From the NCBI GenBank assembly GCA_964016885.1, contig OZ024741.1, positions 225,494,001 to 225,558,000 on the forward strand: a stretch of 64,000 nt of DNA, given 5' to 3'. The notes under the pieces are model-generated. The model was not told the origin of the DNA and ran no database searches. It was given only the letters and a program-made list of their open reading frames with translations. Numbering within the stretch: position 1 is the first letter of the stretch; every line of letters begins with the position of its first letter. A program made the position numbers and the translations under genes. This stretch comes from Eledone cirrhosa. Its lineage: Eukaryota. Positions 22,926-35,892 of this stretch are shown here, piece by piece.

Positions 22926-23337
22926 AATATTTATTAAGCACTGTTCCAAAGATTCACCACAACTTCATTCCATAACATGGAACTGGGAAATTATAACACA
23001 CACAACCCTATCAGTGAAGCCCTTTACTATAGGTCAGCTAACAGAAAAGAAATTCTAAATAAGTCATCGCGGGCCACTCTGACTGGTCTGGCGGGCCGGA
23101 TTGTGGCCCACGGGCCACTTGTTGCACGCTCCTGATTTAGAGGAGCTCGTACTTTTCTTATTGACTTCGAAAGGATGGCAGGCAACTCAGTCTATGGAGT
23201 CGGAACGAATACTGCAATATATTTTACCCGACTTTATAACGACTTTGTCATTTCGCCACCTTTATTCGTTATTTAGATGTAAATATGTTGGAATTGTTGC
23301 TGTTGTTTAGCCCAATCAAGGATTGTATTATCTTATG

Positions 23338-23524
23338 CAGGCATGTCAAACTGAGGGTCTCCAGAGAGCCACATGGGTCATATATGTGTTGTCTCAGGGC
23401 CACACACGACAACTAATTGCGCACATTACAACTAATTTTACAAAGATAAAACACGCTGGCGCTGTAAAAACCTTTGTGCGGGCCGCAGGTGTGCTTGTAA
23501 AGGGCCGCAAGTTTGACATGTCTG
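23338..23524. mobile_element. hAT-type MITE (187 bp)
   Basis: 15-bp TIRs CAGGCATGTCAAACT / AGTTTGACATGTCTG, 8-bp TSD ATCTTATG / ATCTAATG, subterminal GGGCCGCA repeats. Confidence 0.8.
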
Positions 23525-24743
23525 ATCTAATGTGTCTTCTTTTTAAAGATAGTAGGGTATAATTTGAGGGAAATTTGAACAGTAGCTCAAGTGACTGCAT
23601 TATTTTTGTTACTATTGTTGTTTTTTGGGCATATTCAACATTGTTTGAGCACAACTATAGGAACGCAGGAAAAGTTAATCAACTGTTTGGTTACAACCCA
23701 ATGTATTGAACACCAGATATGTCATTCTAACAAGATAGATGGCCATAGCTTGGCTTTGCATTTGCAGCTGAACTTTCATTCGTTCAATGGAAATTTCTAC
23801 TCAAGGACATTACGGTTATGACGACGACGACAATGATGACCGAAGTCACTACAACGTATGACAAAGAAAAATACAACAACAAAGAATAACACAAATATGT
23901 TAATAGACTGAAAAACTATCCTTTATATATTAAAAAATCTGACATTAAACAGATAATCATTCCAGGCTTAGAAATTCTTTTTCTAGTACACTGAAACGTT
24001 TGAGGAGAAATATAAATAAACAGCAAACACGAAATGAAACAAAAAAGCCTTAACATTCCAAGACAAAGAGGAAGACGTTATTGTATTTCTAAGATTGAAA
24101 CCAAGAATATGGAGTGCTTCAATTCATTTCTATGATTATGTTGTTATAAATATCTCAGAATGTCTTCAGCATGGAGTCATTCTGAATTCACTGTCGATTA
24201 CTGTGGTGAATATATTCTGGATTGTGTGAAGAAAGCGCAGAAAATTAGTTCCGTTTCTAAGTCTAATTAACTATTATATTTCGTTTAGTTAGCTTAGAGG
24301 TTGTTGATATTTATATGTATTCTTTTGCTAAGTTTTAGTCTTCTGACTTGTGGTCATGCTGGAACACCGCTGACTAGATATTTTTGTAAACCATAACAAC
24401 TTTAGAATTAATCTAAGTATATATTTTATCGATCTTTATTTGTAGAACCGTTATGTTAAGAGATATAAAGAAAAAACGCCAGTTTTGGTTTTGACCGGTG
24501 TAAACGTAAGTGTAGATGTGATATTTAGAAATATACACACATATAAATATATATAAGACGGACTTCTATATTGTTTCTCTCTGCCATATTCCATTTACAT
24601 GAATCCGAGACTATAGAAGAAACTTTTCAAGGTATGGCGTAGTGGGATTAGACCTGAAACATACCAATTAATCCCAAGGTCTTCTCTGTGACTGTATATA
24701 TATATATATTGGAAAATGTGTGTAATCCTTGGTACAGTTAGGT

Positions 24744-25002
24744 ATATTAAGACAGGGGGGAAGAAAAAATGGCTTCACTTGTGCTTTCAACAAATTTATT
24801 TTCTTCACAAAATCCAAAAAGAATTTTTTTCCGGATTAGAAAAAAATTTTTTATTAAAAAAAATTATTTTATAAATTAAGTTATAAATTAAGTTGTTAAC
24901 TTAATTTATAAAATAATTTTTTTTAAGAATTATTTTTGGATTTTGTGAAGAAAATAAATTTGTTGAAAGCACAAGTGAAGCCATTTTTTCTTCCCACCTG
25001 TC

Positions 25003-25010
<8 letters not shown>
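24744..25010. repeat. Long imperfect palindrome (foldback)
   Basis: 24744-24820 is the reverse complement of 24933-25010; AT-rich inner arms. Confidence 0.85.
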
Positions 25011-25043
<33 letters not shown>

Positions 25044-25164
25044 TTATGTAGGCCTTCGCTCTCTCTCTATATATATATTTATATACATGCATTATACACA
25101 CACACGCGTATATATATAAAATTATATTTGGGAAAATAAGAAAAATTTACATAGTTATTTTGAT

Positions 25165-25237
25165 GTCCCGACTGCAGTTTCGCTGAGTGATCGCGAAAGT
25201 TTTGAGTTCTATGAGAAATCTCAGCTCATCAAGGAAC
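25165..25237 (-). ncRNA. Minimal type I hammerhead ribozyme motif (C3U variant)
   Basis: GTTCC-TTGATGA-GCTGAG...CTCAGC-GAA-ACTGCAGT-C-GGGAC: stem I 5 bp, stem II 6 bp, palindromic stem III, GUC site. Confidence 0.7.
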
Positions 25238-25508
25238 TTCTCAATCAAGAAAACATTTTTCCGAGTCATCCGCTACCAGATACAATTTCGAATGGAATAA
25301 TTATCACGTGATTTACGGTCAACAGTAGGTAGACAATTGCAAGTAACAGAGCTGCTAGAAGAAGCAGTTCAATGTTACTCCCGTATGGATGAGTAAAACA
25401 AAAATTGGCCGAATCGGACTGCTTGTTCTAGCAGCCCCGTTACTTGCAATTATCCCCCTATCCCTGCCCTTCTGAGAGTATGTATGAAGGGATGTATATA
25501 TGCAATAC

Positions 25509-25803
25509 CCGATCGCGCGGTTAAACCACTGGGAGTGAAGGACCCGTAGCCCATGTCAGGGCATTCTTATCAGGAAACTGGGATAACTCCGACATAAAAC
25601 CTGCGGTTCAGTAGCTACCGATGATGTTGATCTTTTCTTCTTTTCGGGTTATAGCTTCTGTCGCTGAGAGAGTGGGATTGGCTCAGTGCACAGTCTTTCC
25701 TCACTTTAAAAAAAAATCTTCACGCACAGGCATTGCATGATAGCATTAATTGATAATTATTAATAATGGTATATCGTGCTCGATAACGAGGGGGCAGCGA
25801 TCA
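25509..25803 (+). mobile_element. Family B non-autonomous RTE derivative
   Basis: Matches 38663-39013 with small deletions. Confidence 0.8.
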
Positions 25804-26174
25804 TCATATATGTATGTATATGCACTATAGTTCCTTTTCCCTGGTTTAAGTATTTCTCAAACGGTGTTAATAGGTTTCAACTCTGATGTACACCGTTGGA
25901 CTAGTAATCATGTCTTAGGTGTACGAAACTACGCAGTCCGTTTGACAGTGGACAATTGGGTGTTCCTTGTTTACGTTTACTTTGTTGGGAGTAATAGTGG
26001 TGGTATGGATATTTCTAGCAGATACTTTCGGAATGTTTTGTCATTCCCCGAATGGTAGTTGATGTTTGTTCTCCCGGGTTAACATCTCTTTCTTGCATTC
26101 TAGATACTACCTTTTCGACTTTCTTGTATACTACATCTTGTGCATAGTAATCATGTATACTAAATCTTGAACAC

Positions 26175-26357
26175 AATTGTTTCTACTTTAGGCACAAGGC
26201 CAGCAATTACCCAGTGCATTACTGGTACTTTATTTTATCGACCCCGTAAGGATGAAAGGCAAAGTCAACCTCGGCGGGATTTGAACTCAGATCGTAAAGG
26301 GACGTAACTATGCTGGAAAGCATGACGTCCGACCCTCTACCGATACTGCCAATCCAC
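26175..26357 (-). mobile_element. SINE family 1
   Basis: Reverse complement of the consensus. Confidence 0.85.
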
Positions 26358-28072
26358 CAGGTGGTCAGTTGACTGCTTTCGACTACCAGTAGACATTCGA
26401 CTTTTATATGTCACGCATTCGTAAGATATCTAGTACTTGATATTGTTGACAGTTTTGTCGCTAACGTATGAAAAGTCATTTAGACTTAGCATACGTTTTG
26501 CTCTTCTATTCCAAATGTCCATCATCTAATCTACAGGCACAAATGATATGAAACAGACACAGAGAAACCTAGTGTATTTGGGAGCGAATAAGCTGGTTAG
26601 CTGAAGTTTTGATGTTCACTAAATTGTTTCTACTTTTGGCACAAGGCCAGCAACCACAAATCATATGACTTTGATTAAAAGAAAAACAATTATGTAAGAA
26701 GTATATTTACAAAATTATTCTATGAAAAGTTGTTTGCTAAAAGGTCTTTAGTTTATACGTTGTAGTGTAGTACCATATACCTCTCAGCCTCATTCATCCA
26801 TACATACAAACATATATACATACATACACACACATACGCACATACATACATGCAATCATACATAGACATGCATACATACATGCATACATACGTACATACA
26901 TACATACAAACATACATACATACATGCATACAAACATCCATACATACACACATACATACATAATTACATACATACATACAAACATGCATACATACACACA
27001 AATACATACACATACATACATGCATACATGCATATATAATTACATACATACATACTTATAAACATATATACATACTTACAAACATTCATTCATATATACA
27101 TACATACACACATACAAACATACGTATTTATATACATACATACACATACATACATGCTTACATGAGTACATATACCCACATATACACACATGCACACATA
27201 CGTATACACTCATACACAGATACATACACACACAAACAAACACAGACGCACACATAACATTAGTGTTGCTTTCATTAGACGTAAACAAATACGTCTAAAT
27301 TTTCAGATACATGCGATAAGAATGATTCATTAGTCACTCCTATCATACTGATAAATCAACACGCACATACATAAACACACACACACACACATACACACAT
27401 ACATACACACAAAACACACTCACACACATACACACACATACACACACGCACACTCACATATACACTTACGTATACAAACACACACACATACACACATACA
27501 CCCTCACCCACACATATATACGGGGTGCTCCACAAAAATGTATACATACTTTTATTAAAATGCTGTTGAAGTGTGTATACATGTTTTGGGGACATGCTGT
27601 TTATTTATAATTTTTATTGAGTGCTGCATCTGTTGTATCAGTGTCTATGAAGTGACTTTCAATGTATTCTATATAGAAAGCTCTACTTATATATCAGGCT
27701 GCTCCTTATTAACGAACGCTTGTTTTACTAGCAGTATTTCCTTATTTAAAACTTCTTTACAGAACGAAAATTTAAAAGCTCTTGTAAGAAGAAATCTTTT
27801 ATATATGAAGACATACACTCTTTTCGTGCGTGCAATCGACATTTGTTTGTATTTTTTATGCATTCTGAGATGCTATATGAATTGTTCCATATTTCTACAT
27901 TTATATCTAAGAATGGAATGGTGTTCTGGTCTTAATTTATTGTGAAAGCTAAGTGCGATTGTAAATGTAAGCAAGGAAATATTTTCTAAATTATCTTTAT
28001 GTCTATGAGTCTATTCATGCGTATCTGTCCCCAATAAATTTATTATCAAATCTCGTATAGAACACGAACAAC

Positions 28073-28865
28073 ATCGGTAGAGGGTCTGACGTCATGCTTT
28101 GCAGCAAAGAGTTACGGCCCTTTATGGTTTGAGTTCAAATCCCGCCGAGGTTAACTTTGCCTTACGGGGCCGATAAAATAAAGTACCAGTAATGCACTGG
28201 TTAATTGCTGGCCTTGTGCCAAAAGTAGAAACTATTATTGTTATGCTTTACAGCATAGAGTTACGGCCCTTTACAGTCTGAGTTCAAATGCCGCCGAGAT
28301 TAACTTTGCCTTTCGTTCGTACGGGGTCGATAAAATAAAGTCACGCACTGCGGTCGATTTAACCGACTTACCCCTCCCCCAAAATTGCTGGCCTTGTACC
28401 TATATAAGAAACCATTGTTATTGTTATGCTTTACAGAATAGAGTTACACCCCTTTACGGTCTGAGTTCAAATCCCGCCGAGGTTAACTCTGCCTTTCATC
28501 CTTACAGGGTTGATAGAATAAAGTAACAGTAATGCACTGGGGTATTTGCTGCCCTTGTGCCAAAAGTAGAAACAATTATTATTGTTATTCAGGCGATAAA
28601 TAAAGTACCAGTAATGCACTGGGATAATTGCTGGCCTTGTGCCCAAAGTAGAAACAATTATTATTGATATTTCAGGCGGTGGATTGGCAGTATCGGTAGA
28701 ACATCAGACACCATGCTTTGCGGCATAGAGTTATGGCCTTTTACGTTCTGATTTCAAATTCCAACGAGGATAACTTTGCCTTTCATCCTTACGAGGTCGA
28801 TAAAATAAAGCACCAGTAATGCACTCGGGTAATTGCTGGATTTGTGCCAAAAGTAGCAACAATTA
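28073..28865 (+). mobile_element. Head-to-tail cluster of about 5 full or partial SINE family 1 copies
   Basis: Core repeated at about 28130, 28280, 28460, 28600 (partial) and 28750. Confidence 0.85.
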
Positions 28866-29654
28866 ATATTGTCATTTCATATTAATGATAACTGTGAGGA
28901 TATCTTGAAACTTTAATGGCACAATCAACTTCAGAACGATATTGTGTCTAACTAAACATAAAGGACTAATAAGTAAATATAAAATAAAGATGACTAGGTG
29001 AGGCTTCTGGCAAAGGGTAACTATAAGCCATTGAAAGATACCCATGGAGGTTATTGTTAGTGAGAAGAACTTGGAGAATGGGTACCTATCTGGAGATTGG
29101 CACAATGTAGAACTAACTGCGATTGTAAGCCATTTGAGAAGTTCTGGACAAAGATAATTATTGTCTATACACAATCTATATATAAATTTGAGAGACTTCA
29201 CACAATGTTTGTGTGTGTGTGTATATATGTGTGTGTGTGTATGTGTGTGTGCGTGTGCGTGTGCGTATGTGTGTGTGTTCGTGTAAATGTATGTGTGTGT
29301 AAATGGAAAGAAGAGGACGGTGAAAAAACTATAGCAAAACACCGGGTGTTTTGTTATATGTGAGTGTATGTGTATGTGTGTGTTTGTGTAAATATATGTG
29401 TGTGTATTCGTGTGAATGCATGTGTGTGTTTGTGTGAATGTATGTTTGTGAGTGCGTATTTGTGTGAGTGAGTTTATGTTTGTGTGTTTATATTTATATA
29501 CTCATACCTATATATGTATTCATATGCACATACACACTCGCACACACATATATTTACACACATATCGCACACACGTCAGCGTGTTGAAAGAATTCTAGTT
29601 CCTTATAAAGCTACCAATGATATTAAGGCTAAATGAGCAGGTTCGTGGATAATA

Positions 29655-29950
29655 TTTGTTTCTACTTTTGGCACAAGGCCAGTGCATTACTGGTACTTTA
29701 TTTTATCAACCCCGTGAGGATGAAAGGGAAAGTTAACCTCGGTGGGATTTGAACTCAGAATGGTAAGGTCCGTAACTCTATGCTGCAAAACATGGCGTCC
29801 GACCCTCTACCAATACTGCCATTCCATCGCCACGTTCGTGCATAATAATTGTTTCTACTTTTGGCACAAGGCCAGCAATTACTCAGTACATTACTGGTAC
29901 TTTATGTTATCTACCCCGTATGGATGAAAGGCAAAGTTAACCTCGGCGGC
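29655..29950 (-). mobile_element. SINE family 1, one full plus one partial copy
   Basis: Reverse complement of the consensus, twice. Confidence 0.8.
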
Positions 29951-30006
29951 GTGGATAATAATGACGATAAATCTGCTGTTCCAAGGTATTCTGATACCAA
30001 TTGATG

Positions 30007-30305
30007 GACGTAACATGGCTGAATGGTTACGAAGTTCGATTCGCAATCATTTGATCGTGGGTTCTATCTTGAGCATGTGTCATTTACCATAGCTTCAGAT
30101 CAACCCATGTCTTGTGAATGAAGGTAGATTGAAACTGTTTTGAAGCCCGGTGGATGGACTGTATTTGTAATTCGAAGGACTGGTCTTGTCACACTCAATG
30201 CCATGCCGAATTTCCCCCCAAAATTACGTTAATGTACACGTGTTTACGGAATGCAAGTCACGTGCATGTTAATTCAAGCGCAGGCCGTACCGTTAATCCA
30301 ACAAC
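30007..30305 (+). mobile_element. Degraded tRNA-derived SINE
   Basis: TGGCTGAATGGTTA...TTCGCAATC...GTGGGTTC head similar to family 2. Confidence 0.5.
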
Positions 30306-30360
30306 TGAAACACGCTCATCATCGGAATCGACGGAGATATATTCCAGTTCAGGATAATTT

Positions 30361-31533
30361 CATTTCTACCTTCACGTCTAAGACATGTTGAACTGCATTC
30401 CTTCTCTTACGTTTCATGTCATATGTGGTCATCAGTACATGACATGGAACAGTCATCGTCAAATCCGACGTAGATCCATTCCAGTATCAGCACATTTCTA
30501 CCTTCACATCTTAGACATGTTGAACTGCATTCCTTCTCTTACGTTTCATACCATATGTGGTCATCAGTACATGGAACAGTCATCGTCAAATCTGACGTAG
30601 ATCCATTCCAGTATCAGCACATTTCTACCTTCACATCTTAGACATGTTGAACTGCATTCCTTCTCTTACGTTTCATACCATATGTGGTCATCAGTACATG
30701 GAACAGTCATCGTCAAATCCGACGTAGATCCATTCCAGTATCAGCACATTTCTACCTTCACATCTTAGACATGTTGAACTGCATTCCTTCTCTTACGTTT
30801 CATACCATATGTGGTCATCAGTACATGGAACAGTCATCGTCAAATCTGACGTAGATCCATTCCAGTATCAGCACATTTCTACCTTCACATCTTAGACATG
30901 TTGAACTGCATTCCTTCTCTTACGTTTCATACCATATGTGGTCATCAGTACATGGAACAGTCATCGTCAAATCTGACGTAGATCCATTCCAGTATCAGCA
31001 CATTTCTACCTTCACATCTTAGACATGTTGAACTGCATTCCTTCTCTTACGTTTCATACCATATGTGGTCATCAGTACATGGAACAGTCATCGTCAAATC
31101 TGACGTAGATCCATTCCAGTATCAGCACATTTCTACCTTCACATCTTAGACATGTTGAACTGCATTCCTTCTCTTACGTTTCATACCATATGTGGTCATC
31201 AGTACATGGAACAGTCATCGTCAAATCCGACGTAGATCCATTCCAGTATCAGCACATTTCTACCTTCACATCTTAGACATGTTGAACTGCATTCCTTCTC
31301 TTACGTTTCATACCATATGTGGTCATCAGTACATGGAACAGTCATCGTCAAATCCGACGTAGATCCATTCCAGTATCAGCACATTTCTACCTTCACATCT
31401 TAGACATGTTGAACTGCATTCCTTCTCTTACGTTTCATACCATATGTGGTCATCAGTACATAGAACAGTCATCGTCATATCTGACGTAGATCCATTCCAT
31501 TCCAGTATCAGCACATTTCTACCTTCATGTCTA
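30361..31533. repeat. 127-bp tandem repeat, about 9 copies
   Basis: CACATTTCTACC recurs at 30491, 30618, 30745... with period 127; units nearly identical. Confidence 0.95.
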
Positions 31534-33162
31534 AGTTTGTTGTTCTTTTACCAAATCTCAATTCTTCAGACTTTGCGGTAGCATTTTGGGCTTCCTTCTC
31601 GTACGTTTCATGACATTTGTGCTTATTAGTATGTGACATGTTGATAACTTAGAGACATTTCAATTTTGATCTTAACCATTTCAAAGCCAATCTCACAAAT
31701 GTGTCTTGAGAGTAATAAAATAGGTTGTGACGCCGTAGCACGTGATATGTTCATACTCAGACATCTCTGCAACTTTATCTCACATACACACTTACACACA
31801 AACTTACACACAAACTTACACACGCACTCACGCACTTACACACACACATTTACACACACACTTACACACACACGCTTACACATACACTTACACACAAACT
31901 TACACACACACACACACACACAAGCACGCATACACACACTCTCGCACATAAACACGCCCATAAACATATACACAACAACATTCACGCAAATATACATACA
32001 TACAAACTCACACACACGCACATACATATATGTATACATATATAAAACCACACATTACTCATACACACACTCCTTCACCTGTTTATGAAAGTAGAATACC
32101 AATTCCATATACATTTTATTATTTGTCCATAAGAGCATTTGTGGGATTGATTTTGTAATTCTGTCAATTGCATATAGTTAGAAGCAGTTGTTTTTCCAGT
32201 TGGGTGCCCTTTCCTACTGCTAACAACTCGACCGTGAAATGGGAGTGGTAATGGATTTCAGCTTGAAAACTTGAATATATATTCATCCATCTGCACATAC
32301 AGACACACACACATTCCTTCATCCTTCCATCTATACGTGTGTGTTCTCATTTCCTTATATACATACATACATGCTTGCATATATACATACATACAAATAT
32401 ACGTATATACATACATACATGCTTGCATATATACATACATACAAATATACATATATACATACATAATACATACATATATATATATATATATACATGTTTG
32501 CATATATACATACATAGATACATGCTTGCATATAGGAGTTCATACATATATAGATACAGACATACATACATATAGACTTGCATACTTAGACACTTGCATG
32601 CAAGCACAAACATACATAAATACACATATGTATATATTCATACATACACACACACATACATACATACATACATACATACATACATACATACATACATACA
32701 TACATACATACATACATACATACAGACCGTAGCTCCATCATTTTTAGGCTACAAATATTCACCATATTTTAGACAGTAAAAATCAGGAAGAACTAAAAAT
32801 TTTAATGATGTATGGTTGTGCAAAGGAGAACAAAGTAATGGAGTTTAAAACCTTGGCATTGAGCAGGAAGTTGGTCAAAATAAAATTTTAATCTCCAATC
32901 CGGAAGAGAAAATATACATAAATACATAATTGTCCTCCTACTATACAGAACCTACGTATGAATAAATAGATGTTCTGGATATCTGATTTAAATTTCCAAC
33001 CTATAGAGAAAGGTTGTATCATTGCAGTTTAGGCAACGTCAGTCAAGCAGTCATGTATGCATGTATGTACGTGAGTGTGTACGTGCGTGTGTGGGGGTGT
33101 GTGTGTGAGTGTGCGTGCGTGTGTGTGCGCACGCGCGTTTGTGTATGTTGGTATGTATGTAT

Positions 33163-33345
33163 CAGTAGTTACCGATGATGTTGATCTTTTCTTCTTTTCG
33201 GGTATAGCTACTGCTCAGTGCACAGTGTTTCCTCACTTTTAAAAAATATCTTCACGCACAGGCATTGCATGATAGCATTAATTGATAATTATTAACAATG
33301 TTATATCGTGCAATGGCCATACTCGATAACGAGGGGGCAGCCATC
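33163..33345 (+). mobile_element. Family B 5'-truncated copy
   Basis: Matches 38810-39013; followed by (ATGT)n. Confidence 0.8.
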
Positions 33346-33399
33346 ATGTATGTATGTATGTATGTATGTATGTATGTATGTATGTATGTATGTATGTAT

Positions 33400-35146
33400 G
33401 TTCTTCTGGTTTTATAATTTCACAAATTTTTTAAAATAAAGAGAGAGTCGGTTTCTAACATAGACACAAGACTCTTTCATTGGAATTTACACAACATCAA
33501 CTAGGTAGATTATGTATGTATGCATGTGTAGATAAGGATGTTATTGTATGTGTGGATGTGTATGTTTTGAGTTGTATGTGTGCATGTGTATATGCTTTGC
33601 ATCTGTAAATGTGTATATGCAGTTATTAGATTCAAAATTGTTGAAATGTTTTACATATTTTTCCTGTTCCATTAATGGATTGTACTTGTGATTTCCTAAC
33701 TAGTTGTATATATGTATGTATGTATGTTCATCCCATCCATATTCTTGGCATAGAGTTTCAGATCATCCACAAAGAAATTTTGGGTGATGTTCGTATTTCT
33801 GTCCCCCTGTGAGCCAATGATGTATCCTTCACATTTCTTGAGCAGAAAAGACAAGTGGTTTAATGACAGAATCAATAATATCACAGAGCGACTGTCCCCC
33901 TGAAATATACCCCTGCGATATTTTATCAGTGAAAATAGAGTCCTCTCTCTCTGTCTTTAACCTTAGGATAGTAGCCCAAGAAGAAGACAGCCTCTCTATG
34001 GCTCTGACAATAATGTCTGGGACTTAAGCAAGTTGGAGAGCCTCTATCATCCAAGAGTGCGGAACAGAATCGAAAGCTTTCTTGTAGTCCAGCCATACTG
34101 TAGCCATATTCCTCCTAAGTTGTCGCACCTCCGACATCGCAGTTTTGTTGATTAGGAGTTGTTCAGCACATCCCCAAACCCCTTTCTTTCCAGCTGCTTG
34201 TTCATCTGTGATGATGTTATTATTTTCACAATGATCTTGGAGGAATAGGTTCAGACAGGCTGTATACATCTTATATATCAGGTTCTGGCATTCAATGGGT
34301 CGGTAGTTTTATGCCAAGTGGGTGTCTTTGTTCTTGGGGATCAGTAATGTTTGTGATAATGTCAACCATTCTGGTATAAGTGTATCTCCCTTAAGAACTT
34401 GTTGGTAGAGGTCAGTAAGATACCTCCGATAGAATATCAGATTTTTGTACCAGTAGCCGACAATCATGTCTCTTCCTGGTGTTTTCTTATCTTGGAGTTT
34501 TTCTATCACAGACCCTCACTTATTTCGTATGTTTTTGTTGTAGTGGAGGAGCAATAGTTCTTTCGGATTTCTCTTAGCCACACTGCATCTTGGTTGAAAT
34601 TCTTCTTTTCACCCCATATTTTGCTCCAAAAGGAATCTATGTCTTTCTGGGATGGGGCCTCAGTGACACTTATTATTTTGCCCTTCATATCTCTTTAGAC
34701 TGATGTTTGGTTTCGTCTGAATATTTTATTAAGCACTTTTCTCTCATCTACCTTCTTCAGGTATCGGCGTTTTTCGCTAACAGCTCTCAAGTCTTGTTTG
34801 AGGGTGATCAGCTTATATTGGAGATTTTTGGTTCTACTGTTACCAAACATCGTCTCTATTTCATTTTCACTCTTTGTTGGTGAAGAGTGAGGTTTTTTTG
34901 TGTTTGTTTGCATGTAAGGAGCATTGTCACATATCCTATGGTTTTTCGTAGGTCAGCAATCTTTTTTTCTATTTTATTTATATATGATGGTATTTTTTGT
35001 GGTGTTCTGTTCTTGTTAATATCTCTGCTATCATCAAGATAAGGCTTCACTGTCGTTGCTAAGATTGATTTGCCAAAATGTTGGGGTTTTTATCCGTCGT
35101 AAATATTCATCCCCTATTTCGTCAATAACATGTAATATTTCATTAT
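33400..35146 (-). mobile_element. R4/Dong family C fragments: 3' end (33400-33705) and internal RT piece (33727-35146)
   Basis: High identity to 13856-14165 and about 15495-16945; WLDYKKAFDSVPH, FFVDDLKL. Confidence 0.88.
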
Positions 35147-35206
35147 TTATATGTATGTAGGGGCGATGAATTGGCAGTATGTATGTATTATTTATATGTA
35201 TGTAAG

Positions 35207-35392
35207 GGCGGTGAATTGGCAGTATTGGTAGAGGGTTGGACGCCATGCTTTCTAGCATAGTTACGTCCCTTTACAGTCTGAGTTCAAATCCCGCCGTGGT
35301 TAACTTTGCCTTTCATCCTTACGGGGTCGATAAAATAAAGTACCAGTAATGTACTGAGTAATTGCTGGCCTTGTGCCTAAAGTAGAAACAAT
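35207..35392 (+). mobile_element. SINE family 1 with target-site duplication
   Basis: ATTATTTATATGTATGTAAG precedes and follows the SINE. Confidence 0.88.
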
Positions 35393-35421
35393 TATTTATA
35401 TGTATGTAAGTATGTTTGTAT

Positions 35422-35776
35422 GTTCTTCTGGTTTGATAATTTCAAAATTTTTTCTAATAGAGAGAGAGTCGGTTTCTAACATAGATACAAGATTCTCTCA
35501 TTGGAATTTACACAACATCAACTAGGTAATTGTAACTGCATGTCTGCATGCATGCATGTGTGCAGGTATAGATGTTGTTTTGTTTGTGGGTGTTTTGCGT
35601 TATATGTGCGCATGTGTATATATTTTGTATCAATAATACAGTTATTGCATACAGAAATTTTGGAATGTTTTACATATTTCTTTCTCTTTCATTAATGGAT
35701 TGTACTTGTAATCACCTAACAAGTTGTGTTCTTTCTGGTTCTGAGAAGACCAGCTTCTCAAGATTTGTACCGAAGC
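35422..35776 (-). mobile_element. R4/Dong family C 3' fragment
   Basis: Same terminus ATGTTCTTCTGGTTT after ATGT repeat. Confidence 0.8.
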
Positions 35777-35779
35777 ATG

Positions 35780-35872
<93 letters not shown>

Positions 35873-35892
35873 CATGTATGCATGTATGTATG

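Noticed and set aside
27518-27555. Tc1/mariner-like TIR (TACGGGGTGCTCC)
   Set aside because: No matching second TIR or transposase found
30361-31640. Possible coding exon or CRISPR in the 127-bp array
   Set aside because: No spacers; period not a multiple of 3 and frequent stops; short DVKVE-like peptides are not enough evidence
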